From contig JAFTKW010000006.1 of the NCBI GenBank assembly GCA_017453065.1, positions 22,173 to 86,172 of the forward strand: a DNA stretch of 64,000 nt, in the 5' to 3' direction. Below, one piece after another: positions 30,826-39,952 of this stretch (position 1 is the first letter of the stretch; each line of letters begins with the position of its first letter). Origin of the DNA: Lachnospiraceae bacterium (GTDB lineage: Bacteria > Bacillota > Clostridia > Lachnospirales > Lachnospiraceae). Under the pieces are notes generated by a model, which worked only from the letters and a program-made list of their open reading frames with translations, did not search any database and had not been told where the DNA came from. Made by a program: the position numbers and the translations under genes.

Positions 30826-31881
30826 CTATTCTACTCCATAAAGTTCTTTTTGTCTTTCGATTTCTGCATAATAAATTTTGAGCTTTTCATCCCAAATTTG
30901 TGACAAATGCTCATCATTGCGTCTATCTGTAAGGCCGAAGTCCTCGGTCAGCACTTGTCCTAGGTAATCTGTGATTTTCAGTGCTCCCCAGAGATTGAGA
31001 TGCAAACCTGCATCATAAGTATCCACGTTGAAATCTAAATTGCATTCTTCCTGAAGTTCCAGGAAATTGATATAGGTAAGTTCATGCTTTGCGGCATACT
31101 CCTCAATCTGTAATTCCCACTCCTCGTACCAGTATGGGTACAGGCTAGGTGCTTTGACCAGAATAAGTTCAATGTCATTTTCTTTGCAAAGCTGTGTTAT
31201 TTTGTCCATATATGCGTAAGCATTATCGCCAAACTGATAGTTTCCAAGTATTTTACCACCTGGGACATCCACTGCAGGCTTACTGTCCACACGCATGTAG
31301 TAACCATTGTGAGATACCTTAGGACGACTGAACAAATACTTAAAATCCTCCGCACCAAGCTCGGTAATGCGAGAATGGTATCTCAAAATTGGGAAAACAT
31401 AGTCCAGGAAGTTTTCATCCTCCATCATGGAAGATTGGATAGCCCCTACCTTGGACATAGACCACTTCATTCCCTCGATAGACATACGATTGTATGCCTC
31501 TTTTTGAGGTTCATTGTATTGTAATGCCAACACATTAAAAATCACCACATCTGGAGTTTCATATCTGAGCGCATCCTCCAGCAAATAGTAGGACTGCCAA
31601 ATAAGCTGCTGCGCACTGCCTCTGATAAAACTGTTGATACCATATTCCTCCCACAAATGGGCAGGAACGAAGTTTTCGTATACCTCGCAGTCTCCGATAA
31701 ACAGCACATCATGATCCATCTCTTCCTGATAGTACTCTGCAATCAGATTACCCTCTACCACACTGCTGGCATATTTGGGTACTAGCAGACATTGGAGTAA
31801 ATATAAAGTTCCTACCACGAAGATAGTGGTCAGCACTATTCTTATCCACTTTTTAGTCTTCATCTGTCTTTTTTCCTTCAC
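30826..31881 (-). CDS. DltD/AlgJ-like SGNH-fold extracellular acyltransferase (Cys at nucleophile position)
   Basis: N-terminal TM; block I LFIGDCE; block V YDAGLHLN; directly after an MBOAT gene. Confidence 0.75.
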   Translation of the reverse strand: MKEKRQMKTKKWIRIVLTTIFVVGTLYLLQCLLVPKYASSVVEGNLIAEYYQEEMDHDVLFIGDCEVYENFVPAHLWEEYGINSFIRGSAQQLIWQSYYLLEDALRYETPDVVIFNVLALQYNEPQKEAYNRMSIEGMKWSMSKVGAIQSSMMEDENFLDYVFPILRYHSRITELGAEDFKYLFSRPKVSHNGYYMRVDSKPAVDVPGGKILGNYQFGDNAYAYMDKITQLCKENDIELILVKAPSLYPYWYEEWELQIEEYAAKHELTYINFLELQEECNLDFNVDTYDAGLHLNLWGALKITDYLGQVLTEDFGLTDRRNDEHLSQIWDEKLKIYYAEIERQKELYGVE

Positions 31882-31893
31882 TAAAAATCCTCA

Positions 31894-33489
31894 CTAGAAC
31901 TGATTATAAATAAACTGACTGGCATCGTAACCTACACCGTAAGCGCCAAACAAAAGCACCAAAAGGAATAGGCCATACCAAAGCAGGGTACGCACCCACA
32001 CAGGTTTTGCTGCAATCTGATCTCGCACCTTTCCCCTGCGCTGCACAAGGCTGACACTAAGAAGCATCACGAAACCTACGAGCAATATTACATAATCTAT
32101 CATTGTAAGGCCAAGTTCCATCAAGCCTCCACCCAGCACTTCACTCCAGTTAAAGGTAGTAAACATACTGCCAAACATCTTGAAGGTCAATGGTACATCT
32201 CTATAACAGTCAAACATACGCAAGCTGCTCATCAGCAGAATGGTGCGAATCACTTGAAACGCTCTGTAAATCCACTTCTGACCTACATTTGGGAACTTTT
32301 TGTGGAACCACCTGTAAAAAGGTTCACACTCCTGAGAAATCATAATTACCACAAAGTTTCCAAGACCCCAAACGATAAAGTTCCAGCTGGCACCATGCCA
32401 AACACCTGTGGTAAACCAAACCACGAAGGAGGACAGGTACACAGGAACTCGTTTGCCCAGCGCATCACCAAGCAATTTGCGGGATGCCTTGGATATATTG
32501 AGCATTGGCTGACATACAGAGATTGGATAGAAAATATAGTCTGTAAACCAGCTACCCATGGTGATGTGCCATCTATTCCAGTATTCCTTGATATTCTTGG
32601 AAAAATAAGGTCTGTTGAAGTTTTCTGTCACATGGATACCAAGCATTTCTGCAATACCGATAGTAATATCAATACCACCCGTAAAGTCTGCATAAAGTTC
32701 CAGTGCATAGAACAGCATACCCACAAACACGTATGCGCCCTGATATTCCTCTGGTCCACGGATAATGGTGTTGACAGCTACCAACATGCGGTCTGCCACA
32801 ACCATCTTCTTGAAATAACCCCAAAGCATACGCTGAAGGCCATAAGAAACCGTCTTGGTATCAAAATGATGCTGCGCAAACAGTGTCTTTGACAAATCAT
32901 CAAATCTGCTAATAGGTCCCTGTACTAACTGTGGAAAAAAGGACACAAACAAGGCAAATTTGAAGGGATTGGTCTCCGCCTCATATTTACCTCTGTAAAC
33001 GTCAATAATATAACCTAGGGATTGGAAGGTATAAAAAGAAATACCAAGTGGCAACACAAAATCTACAAAGGCAAGCTCGCTACTACTTCCAAATGTATGT
33101 AGCAGAGAATTGACATTGGAGATGGCAAAGTTAGTGTATTTTAGCACTGCCAAAATTCCTAAATTAAACAGCAAAACAAGAAGTAGCATATGCCACCTCT
33201 TCTTTTTTTCCTTTGCCTTATATTCCTTTCTCTCTTCGCGGTTCATCTCTGCCTTGTGCAAAGCCAGGTAATCCTCCTGCGTTTTAAACATACCGCGAAG
33301 CTTCATACCCGCCAAATAGGTAGATATGGTAGTCACCAATATAAATGGCAAAAACTCAAGTCCCGCAAGGGCGTAGAACACATAGTTAGCTACCAAAAGC
33401 AAACCCCACTGAAAACGCTTAGGTACAGTGTAATACAGCAGGGCCGTAATCAACACAAAAAACAAAAATTCATAAGAAGTAAAAAGCAT
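31894..33489 (-). CDS. MBOAT acyltransferase (DltB/AlgI-like) with fused DltX-type C-terminal Tyr motif
   Basis: LPLGISFYTFQ, FFPQLVQGPI, YWNRWHITM, catalytic GVWHG; ends FIYNQF. Confidence 0.92.
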   Translation of the reverse strand: MLFTSYEFLFFVLITALLYYTVPKRFQWGLLLVANYVFYALAGLEFLPFILVTTISTYLAGMKLRGMFKTQEDYLALHKAEMNREERKEYKAKEKKKRWHMLLLVLLFNLGILAVLKYTNFAISNVNSLLHTFGSSSELAFVDFVLPLGISFYTFQSLGYIIDVYRGKYEAETNPFKFALFVSFFPQLVQGPISRFDDLSKTLFAQHHFDTKTVSYGLQRMLWGYFKKMVVADRMLVAVNTIIRGPEEYQGAYVFVGMLFYALELYADFTGGIDITIGIAEMLGIHVTENFNRPYFSKNIKEYWNRWHITMGSWFTDYIFYPISVCQPMLNISKASRKLLGDALGKRVPVYLSSFVVWFTTGVWHGASWNFIVWGLGNFVVIMISQECEPFYRWFHKKFPNVGQKWIYRAFQVIRTILLMSSLRMFDCYRDVPLTFKMFGSMFTTFNWSEVLGGGLMELGLTMIDYVILLVGFVMLLSVSLVQRRGKVRDQIAAKPVWVRTLLWYGLFLLVLLFGAYGVGYDASQFIYNQF

Positions 33490-33524
33490 GTCGCTCCACC
33501 TTTATCTTCATCTTCTAGCTATTC

Positions 33525-33764
33525 TTAGTCGTCAAGCAATTCCTCAATGAGAGCGCTAAGTGCCTGTGCAGAATTGAAATACTCAGGGTCAATTTTGTCT
33601 GCTGGAATAGTTACATCCCACTCATTGTTGATTTCTGAAATCAAAGATACGATGTCGAAAGAATCCAAAATCTTGTCGTCGATCAAAGTATCGCAATTTT
33701 CGAAATCCACATCTGGGTGCAAGTCTGTCAAAATCTCAATTAAGGTTTCTAAAACATTATCCAT
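33525..33764 (-). CDS. Carrier protein (DltC/ACP-like)
   Basis: 79 aa acidic protein with phosphopantetheine site ILDSFDIV. Confidence 0.9.
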   Translation of the reverse strand: MDNVLETLIEILTDLHPDVDFENCDTLIDDKILDSFDIVSLISEINNEWDVTIPADKIDPEYFNSAQALSALIEELLDD

Positions 33765-33786
33765 ATTATTCCTCTTTCCCGCGTTT

Positions 33787-35304
33787 TTAGCCGCGTGCTT
33801 CTTTATATAACTCTTTCAAATACACTCTATTGATTTTGCCGTTTGGTGTCAATGGCATTTCATCCAATTTCTTTACATAGTTTGGAATCATATATCTTGG
33901 GAGCTTGTCCTTCAAAGCTTTGGTCAGCTCGCCAGTCTCAATATCTCCCACATAAAACAGCACAATCTTGCCCTTTTCATTGTCATAGATACAACCTGAT
34001 AAGCGAATCTCAGGCATCATATTTACATTGACTTCAATTTCGCCAAGTTCGATACGATGGCCCATATGCTTGATCTGATAGTCCTTGCGAGATACAAAAA
34101 CAAGTTCTCCTCGCTCATTGAATTTTCCAATATCGCCGGTGCGGTAAATCAATTCTGGATAAGCGGTATTCAGCGGATTCTGTACGAAGGCTTCACTGGT
34201 TTTTTCAGGGTTGTTGTAATAACCCATGGTAAGTGAAGTACCACGGATACAGATTTCGCCAGGTTCTCCTGCTGCCGCTCTCTTGTTCTCTTCATTCAAA
34301 AGAATAATCTCTGTATTTTTGAAAGGTCTTCCCACTGGAATGGCTTCGTCCAATTCAAAATCTCTATCTACCTTATAATAACAGCACATACCTGTACCTT
34401 CTGTAGGTCCATAAAGGTTGGTAAACTTGGCATTTGGAAGCACGCTTCTCCAAATGCGGAACTGTTTGATTGGGAATACTTCACTGCCGAATGCCACCGT
34501 ATGCAAATACTCTGGTTTCACCTTGTCGAATGCGCCGAAGGCAGAAATCATAGTAAGGGCAGATACAACCCAGCAAATAGTGTTAATCTTGTGCTCATTT
34601 AAAAATTCTACCAATTTGATTGGGAACATAAACAAGCTCTTTGGCACCAGATATGTGGTAGCGCCAAATTTCAGTGTTGGATATAACTCCTTCAGACAGG
34701 CATCAAAGTACAGAGGTGTCTGATTTCCAAACACTGTATCTTCATTAAATTCCAATGTCTCGGACAACTGTTCAATATAGTCAAGTACAGAGCGATGACA
34801 CGCCACCACACCCTTAGGAATACCTGTGGAACCAGAAGTAAATACCACATAGATAGGGTCTGTATCAATTGCCACATCATGAATATGCTGAAGGCGAGCA
34901 TCGTCCACTGGCGTCTTAATCATCTCGTCGTAGAGATAAATCTCACCCTCAAAATTGAAAGTTTCAGCAATCTCCTTGGTCTGCTCATCACAGATAATTG
35001 CTCTAGGCTTTAAGTTGTCCAAAATCAAATCAATACGCACTCTTGGCATCTCTTCATCGATTGGCACATAGAAATTTCCGCCTGCTATAGCGCCAAAGAA
35101 GGCTACTATGGTCTTTGGATGCTTGTTCATAAACACCACTACAGGCTCTTTGTAAATTCCTTTTGCAGCCAAAAAGGTTGCAATTGCTCTGTGTTGCTGA
35201 TACACCTGTGCAAAAGTAAGGCCCTCTGACTCATTGGCAAAAGCAATCTTGTCTGGCACCCTTTTGACAGTACCTTCTAAATAGTCCAAAACATGATTCT
35301 GCAT
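33787..35304 (-). CDS. Stand-alone amino-acid adenylation enzyme (DltA-like)
   Basis: A3 YVVFTSGSTGIPKGV, A4 FDAC, A5 NLYGPTE, A7 YRTGD, A8 RKDYQIKHMGHRIELGEIE, A10 NGK; no C, T or TE domains. Confidence 0.92.
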   Translation of the reverse strand: MQNHVLDYLEGTVKRVPDKIAFANESEGLTFAQVYQQHRAIATFLAAKGIYKEPVVVFMNKHPKTIVAFFGAIAGGNFYVPIDEEMPRVRIDLILDNLKPRAIICDEQTKEIAETFNFEGEIYLYDEMIKTPVDDARLQHIHDVAIDTDPIYVVFTSGSTGIPKGVVACHRSVLDYIEQLSETLEFNEDTVFGNQTPLYFDACLKELYPTLKFGATTYLVPKSLFMFPIKLVEFLNEHKINTICWVVSALTMISAFGAFDKVKPEYLHTVAFGSEVFPIKQFRIWRSVLPNAKFTNLYGPTEGTGMCCYYKVDRDFELDEAIPVGRPFKNTEIILLNEENKRAAAGEPGEICIRGTSLTMGYYNNPEKTSEAFVQNPLNTAYPELIYRTGDIGKFNERGELVFVSRKDYQIKHMGHRIELGEIEVNVNMMPEIRLSGCIYDNEKGKIVLFYVGDIETGELTKALKDKLPRYMIPNYVKKLDEMPLTPNGKINRVYLKELYKEARG

Positions 35305-35305
35305 T

Positions 35306-36046
35306 TTATTTTCCTCTTTGTAAAATCAATTCTACTTTGTCCGCTCGAAGCGTTCCACATCTGAGCACCGCAGCTCTTGCCAGAACCTCTAAAGCATCCA
35401 AATATATATCTGGCAAAGGATAATCTCGCTTTACCATAGAAAGCTCTGTACAGCCCAGGATAATCACCTGAGCTCCAGCTTCTCTAAGTTCCTCTTCCAC
35501 CTGTGAGAAAGCCTCCATATTGACTGGAACACCTGCCTTAACATTGCCATAGATAATATCCATGACCTTGGCCTGTCCTTCCTTTCCAGGTAATACCACA
35601 TCAATTCCAGCCGCCTCCAGCGCTCGCTGAAATACCGCCGTCTGGACAGTTCCATCTGTAGCCTCCAGTCCAACCCTCTTAATTTTTCTCTCTTTGAGAT
35701 AGGATACACATTCCCAAATAGCATGTATAACGGGAAGTTCTATTCCCTCCTGTATCTGCTCATGCATAGCATGGGCGGTAATACAGGGAATTGCTATCAC
35801 ATCTGCACCATCTCTATGAAGCGAGCGGCCACACTGTATGATGGGCTCAATTGGGCTTTCCTCAGACACGCCCAGCAGATATTTGGTTCTGTCTGGAATC
35901 TGGGGCATGCTATATACAATCATTGGGAAATGTTGCTGGTCGTTTTCAGCCTCTGTCATTTCTATGACAAGCTGCATAAAATAAGCAGTGGCCATGGGAC
36001 CCAATCCACCAATCACTCCCAAGGTCTTTTTGTCTTTCATCTTCAC
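35306..36046 (-). CDS. PLP-independent aspartate/glutamate racemase family protein
   Basis: LGVIGGLGPMAT, IPDRT, and both catalytic cysteines (IPCITAH, LGCTEL). Confidence 0.9.
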   Translation of the reverse strand: MKMKDKKTLGVIGGLGPMATAYFMQLVIEMTEAENDQQHFPMIVYSMPQIPDRTKYLLGVSEESPIEPIIQCGRSLHRDGADVIAIPCITAHAMHEQIQEGIELPVIHAIWECVSYLKERKIKRVGLEATDGTVQTAVFQRALEAAGIDVVLPGKEGQAKVMDIIYGNVKAGVPVNMEAFSQVEEELREAGAQVIILGCTELSMVKRDYPLPDIYLDALEVLARAAVLRCGTLRADKVELILQRGK

Positions 36047-36108
36047 CCTTCTTTCAAGGCGTTTTTCGTTCTTTAGCTTCTCTGTGCTTTACACAAAAAG
36101 CAACAGAT

Positions 36109-36137
36109 ATTCTAGCATACTTTTAGATACAATACAA
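36109..36137 (-). promoter_or_regulatory. Putative sigma-A promoter of the racemase/dlt-like operon
   Basis: Minus strand TTGTAT-17 bp-TAGAAT with TG extended -10. Confidence 0.55.
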
Positions 36138-36162
36138 GAATATGCACATTGGTAATCTTTCC

Positions 36163-37887
36163 CTAATTAATCTCAGGATACAGGCTTGCATCATAGATAT
36201 GCGTATTTTTGTGGCTCTCTGAATATTCTTTCAGCTGTGCATCTGTCCACATAAAGAACACCGTCTTGTCTTTTCTTGGTGTGGCATCAAAATGATACCA
36301 ACCATCTCCTACATCTACCAGATTCCAATAGTGGGAAGGATTTACTGTGGACTTTACAATATCCATGTTCTTGATGCCCGCTCTGGTAAGTAATACCTTT
36401 GCTGTACATGCATAGACAAAGCAGTCTCCCCTGCGGTCTACCAGACCTTCATAGGCTCCACGCACCATATCCCCTTTTTCAGAATGGCTGATATAGCCAA
36501 TACGGCTATGCACCCAGTTGTAAATCGCTTTAGCCTGCTCATATTGAGTCATTCCATCCTTGAGGATAGATGCAAGCACCTCATCTGCCTTGGCGTTTAC
36601 TACATCCTCGTCATAGTAAATTGGCTTTTCTGCCAATACTTTTACAGTACCTTCCTTGGTAGTAGAGTTTCCCGCGGTATCTGTTACTGTGTAGATCACT
36701 TTGTAGGTTCCAACTGTGCCTGGGTCTACCTTGGAATTGTCAATTTCTAGTTTCAATTCTTCTTTACTGTCTGCATTGTCAGAATAGCCTACCGCTTTCT
36801 TGTAAGAAACAGGCTCTCCGATAATAATATCAATTACACTTAAGGATACCTCTGGAGCTACGGTATCCTTCACCAACTTGTAGGTGATCAACTCTGTAGT
36901 GCTATTTCCACTGGCATCTGTCACAGTAACCCGTCCACTTCCGCTGCCTTCTTTGCTCCAATCAGGCTCCTGTGCATAGGAATAGGTTACATCTGTCATA
37001 TCTGTAACGCCATCTACAAAAGCAGATGGGTCCAATACTTTTCCTACGAAGCCGTCCACATGCTTTACGGTAATCACAGGCGCCACAGTATCTACTACAT
37101 TGATAGATGTCGTCAATTCCACTCCATCCACCAACATCAAAATGCTCTGTGTTCCAAGTACAGTAGTATCAATCGTACTTGCAATGGTCAAATAACTAAT
37201 CTGCGTATCTTCCAGCCCTGGAACTTCCTCCAAAAAGGCCTGTGCATCAGGCATAGGTGCCCCCGCTTCCAACACCAATTCTCTCTTTAGGTTGGAAATA
37301 CACAATCTAGTTTCCAGCAAAGTGGTGTTTCCAGCACCGTCCTTTAGCTGAATTCCCACATTCTGATAACCTGCCCTGTTTACATCTGGCTGGCTGACAA
37401 AGGAAGCTGTCACACCTGTAACGTCACTCATATCGGCCACAAACATATCCGCTGTCAAAGCTTCTCCATAAAGGCCCAGCAACTCCTTCGCAGTTCCGCT
37501 AGGTGCCGTTGTGTCCTGTACAGTGACCGTAATGGTATAGGTAAATGGACTTAACTTCACTTTCATCTTGTACTTGCCTGGAGTCACTTTCTCCTCTGCA
37601 GTCAAATCCTTGACCATCACCGGGGCTTTCTTGCCAGAAACCAATTTCGACAAATCAATTTCCTGTCCCGCCTCCAATGTATAAGTCTTCTCTACTCTGC
37701 CATGCAAGGACGTCATAACCACCAAAAAGAGAACCAGCACTGCCAATACGCCAAATATAGCCAACATTTTATTTCTTCTGCGCTGCTTTCTGCGGCGTCT
37801 GCCGTGCCCTCTTCTTCCGTGTGTATTTGTTCTGCTGGCTCCTCCATACACAGGGTTGCCTGTGTAGCCCTCTCTTACATTACTCAT
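36163..37887 (-). CDS. Membrane-anchored Ig-like-repeat protein with C-terminal transglutaminase-like domain
   Basis: Basic stretch plus TM; repeats ending DTTAP/DTVAP/DTVAP and DxAGN/DASGN; catalytic triad GDCFVYA, HYWNLV, HFDATP. Confidence 0.85.
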   Translation of the reverse strand: MSNVREGYTGNPVYGGASRTNTHGRRGHGRRRRKQRRRNKMLAIFGVLAVLVLFLVVMTSLHGRVEKTYTLEAGQEIDLSKLVSGKKAPVMVKDLTAEEKVTPGKYKMKVKLSPFTYTITVTVQDTTAPSGTAKELLGLYGEALTADMFVADMSDVTGVTASFVSQPDVNRAGYQNVGIQLKDGAGNTTLLETRLCISNLKRELVLEAGAPMPDAQAFLEEVPGLEDTQISYLTIASTIDTTVLGTQSILMLVDGVELTTSINVVDTVAPVITVKHVDGFVGKVLDPSAFVDGVTDMTDVTYSYAQEPDWSKEGSGSGRVTVTDASGNSTTELITYKLVKDTVAPEVSLSVIDIIIGEPVSYKKAVGYSDNADSKEELKLEIDNSKVDPGTVGTYKVIYTVTDTAGNSTTKEGTVKVLAEKPIYYDEDVVNAKADEVLASILKDGMTQYEQAKAIYNWVHSRIGYISHSEKGDMVRGAYEGLVDRRGDCFVYACTAKVLLTRAGIKNMDIVKSTVNPSHYWNLVDVGDGWYHFDATPRKDKTVFFMWTDAQLKEYSESHKNTHIYDASLYPEIN

Positions 37888-37898
37888 AATTCCCTCTG

Positions 37899-39080
37899 CT
37901 ACGACTGAGCAAATCGATGCTCTGCCGCTTCTACCATATCTGATATCTCTTCCTGATATTCAGGATAAAGTGTTACCACTTCTTTAATCTCTTTCATTCC
38001 AGTTTCTGCAACCTTTTGGTTGTAATCTAACTGGCTGCGCAAAGATTGCCTGCGCACAATCAAACTATGTCTAATTTCCACCATTTCTTTAGGATTTAAG
38101 ATGGCATCCACCTGATGAATCCATCTGTCTGGATCTTTAAGCTGATATCTGCGCAAAATCTTTAAAAGCTGCTCCTGATAATAAGCTATCTTGGACTCTG
38201 TCTCCGCCACCTGTCTTCGCAGTTCCTTTTCCTGAAGATACAGTTTCCACTGTTTCTCTAATTTCGCTCCGCTTTCCACTCCATATTTCAAATATAGATA
38301 TTCCAGCAGATTGGTATTGTTTACATATCGTATCTTTACTTTGTTTTGAAGTAGTATCAGTCGATTGCTCGCCTGCTCCACTCTGGTGATTTCCCTTTGG
38401 GCATCCATGTACTTGATGTACAAAACCGTAATGGTAACTGCTGCAATTCCTACCGCAATCAAAAAGCCCAAAACGGCGTCCATTTCAAAGCCAAACTGCA
38501 AAATAGCAAGCATTAACATACAGGCCCCAAATGCGGTAAGACAAATCGTTGCAACACCCTTTAAATTAGCAATCAGAGTTTGCAGCTCTGTCTTGCGATA
38601 CTGATAGGCATTTCTCTCCCCATCCAGTTTCCCCAAGTCTCCTGTGATCAGCTTGCGATACTTTTCAGCGTCTTTTATTTTGACGATTGCTTCCTCCACC
38701 TGATCTCTCTGTGCGTCTATCTTGCGATACTCCGAATCTGGCATGGAAGTTTTCTTGCTCAAGTGCTGCAGAAGTTCTTTTTCCAAGGTAGAAAGATTCG
38801 TCGCCGCCGCTTTAAGCTGCGCACTCTCCTCCTTGGGCAGTGCCTCAATCTCTTCCATGTCGGTGAGATAAGAAGTCACCAGATGATACTCTCCCTGTAA
38901 TAGGTTGAGTTCAATCTGTGCCTCGCCAATCTGTTCCAAACAGTTCTCTATATATCTGATACGCTCCTGCCTGTCGTGAAAATTGGTTCTGTCGCGTTCA
39001 TAAACGGTCTGTCCCCATTCTTCCGTTTCTGGCTGCTTTGGAGCTTCTTTTTTGCCAAATAGCCATTTTAAAAATCCCAT
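37899..39080 (-). CDS. Hypothetical coiled-coil protein with two central TM helices
   Basis: 393 aa; heptad-rich segments flank two hydrophobic helices. Confidence 0.75.
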   Translation of the reverse strand: MGFLKWLFGKKEAPKQPETEEWGQTVYERDRTNFHDRQERIRYIENCLEQIGEAQIELNLLQGEYHLVTSYLTDMEEIEALPKEESAQLKAAATNLSTLEKELLQHLSKKTSMPDSEYRKIDAQRDQVEEAIVKIKDAEKYRKLITGDLGKLDGERNAYQYRKTELQTLIANLKGVATICLTAFGACMLMLAILQFGFEMDAVLGFLIAVGIAAVTITVLYIKYMDAQREITRVEQASNRLILLQNKVKIRYVNNTNLLEYLYLKYGVESGAKLEKQWKLYLQEKELRRQVAETESKIAYYQEQLLKILRRYQLKDPDRWIHQVDAILNPKEMVEIRHSLIVRRQSLRSQLDYNQKVAETGMKEIKEVVTLYPEYQEEISDMVEAAEHRFAQS

Positions 39081-39105
39081 ATTTGACTCCTTAATAGTTC
39101 TCAGG

Positions 39106-39942
39106 CTAGATATCGCCTATCGAATATCGGTAACTATGTTTTAAAGCCTGCAGCACTCTGTCTGCCTCCTGATAGTACTTACTTCTCTCTCCGCTCTGCT
39201 TCCACTCCTGCATCTGATTCAGTCTTTGGCGTTCAATATGTTGTTCCCATCCAAGTGCAAGTTCTTCTACTTTGTGCTCCAATTCCAAGGATTCTTCATA
39301 AGCCTCAGGAATTCCTGCCACAAAGGCCAAATAGTCATCCTCCGAAAGCAACATACGCATAGATGCCAAGTACTCTACCAAGGTCTCTGGAAGCGGATAC
39401 ATATCAAAGGATTCCTTGAAAAATTTGGCAGACTTGTCAAATAAAAACAGGTTTGCCAGTGCCACTGCTTTGTTGTGAAGTACCTTCGCCCTGATTTCTG
39501 TTTCCATGTCCGGCAGAGTCTCTAATAGTTTGTCGTACTCCTCAATCGCATTGGCATATCTGCCTGAAGCAACCATGCGGTCCACGCGAGTCTTGTATTT
39601 CTCATAAGCACTCAGGTTTGCGCCCTGCTTCAGCAGTTCTTCTACTTCCCTAAGTTCCTCCTCATCATATATACCTACGTATTCCAAGATGGTGAGCACA
39701 AAGGCGCTAACCGTTCCCTTTTTGTGAATCATTGGATACAATTCATTAGCCAAATCATGGAGCCCACATTCCTGATCCAACCAAGAAACCAAGGTCTTGT
39801 TCATAATATCTGCATCCAGCAAAAAGGCATTTTGCTTTAACACAAAACAGAGTTCTTCCACGCAATACACATATATGTCTGGATTTTGAAATCGATATGG
39901 AGTTGTTGCATCATGTCCGCACAATAGCAATACTCTACCCAT
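39106..39942 (-). CDS. Hypothetical TPR-like protein
   Basis: GRYANAIEEYDKLL and KVLHNKAVALANLFLFDKSAKFFKESF TPR-like helices. Confidence 0.7.
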   Translation of the reverse strand: MGRVLLLCGHDATTPYRFQNPDIYVYCVEELCFVLKQNAFLLDADIMNKTLVSWLDQECGLHDLANELYPMIHKKGTVSAFVLTILEYVGIYDEEELREVEELLKQGANLSAYEKYKTRVDRMVASGRYANAIEEYDKLLETLPDMETEIRAKVLHNKAVALANLFLFDKSAKFFKESFDMYPLPETLVEYLASMRMLLSEDDYLAFVAGIPEAYEESLELEHKVEELALGWEQHIERQRLNQMQEWKQSGERSKYYQEADRVLQALKHSYRYSIGDI

Positions 39943-39952
39943 GTTGTATTTC

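Noticed and set aside
31894-35304. NRPS or secondary-metabolite cluster
   Set aside because: No condensation or thioesterase domain; MBOAT, Tyr motif and SGNH protein point to envelope acylation.
30826-35304. Canonical dltABCD assignment
   Set aside because: The A-enzyme lacks the DltA pocket Cys and has Lys239, a racemase is co-encoded, the MBOAT is the long fused type, and the SGNH nucleophile is Cys. Gene symbols were withheld.
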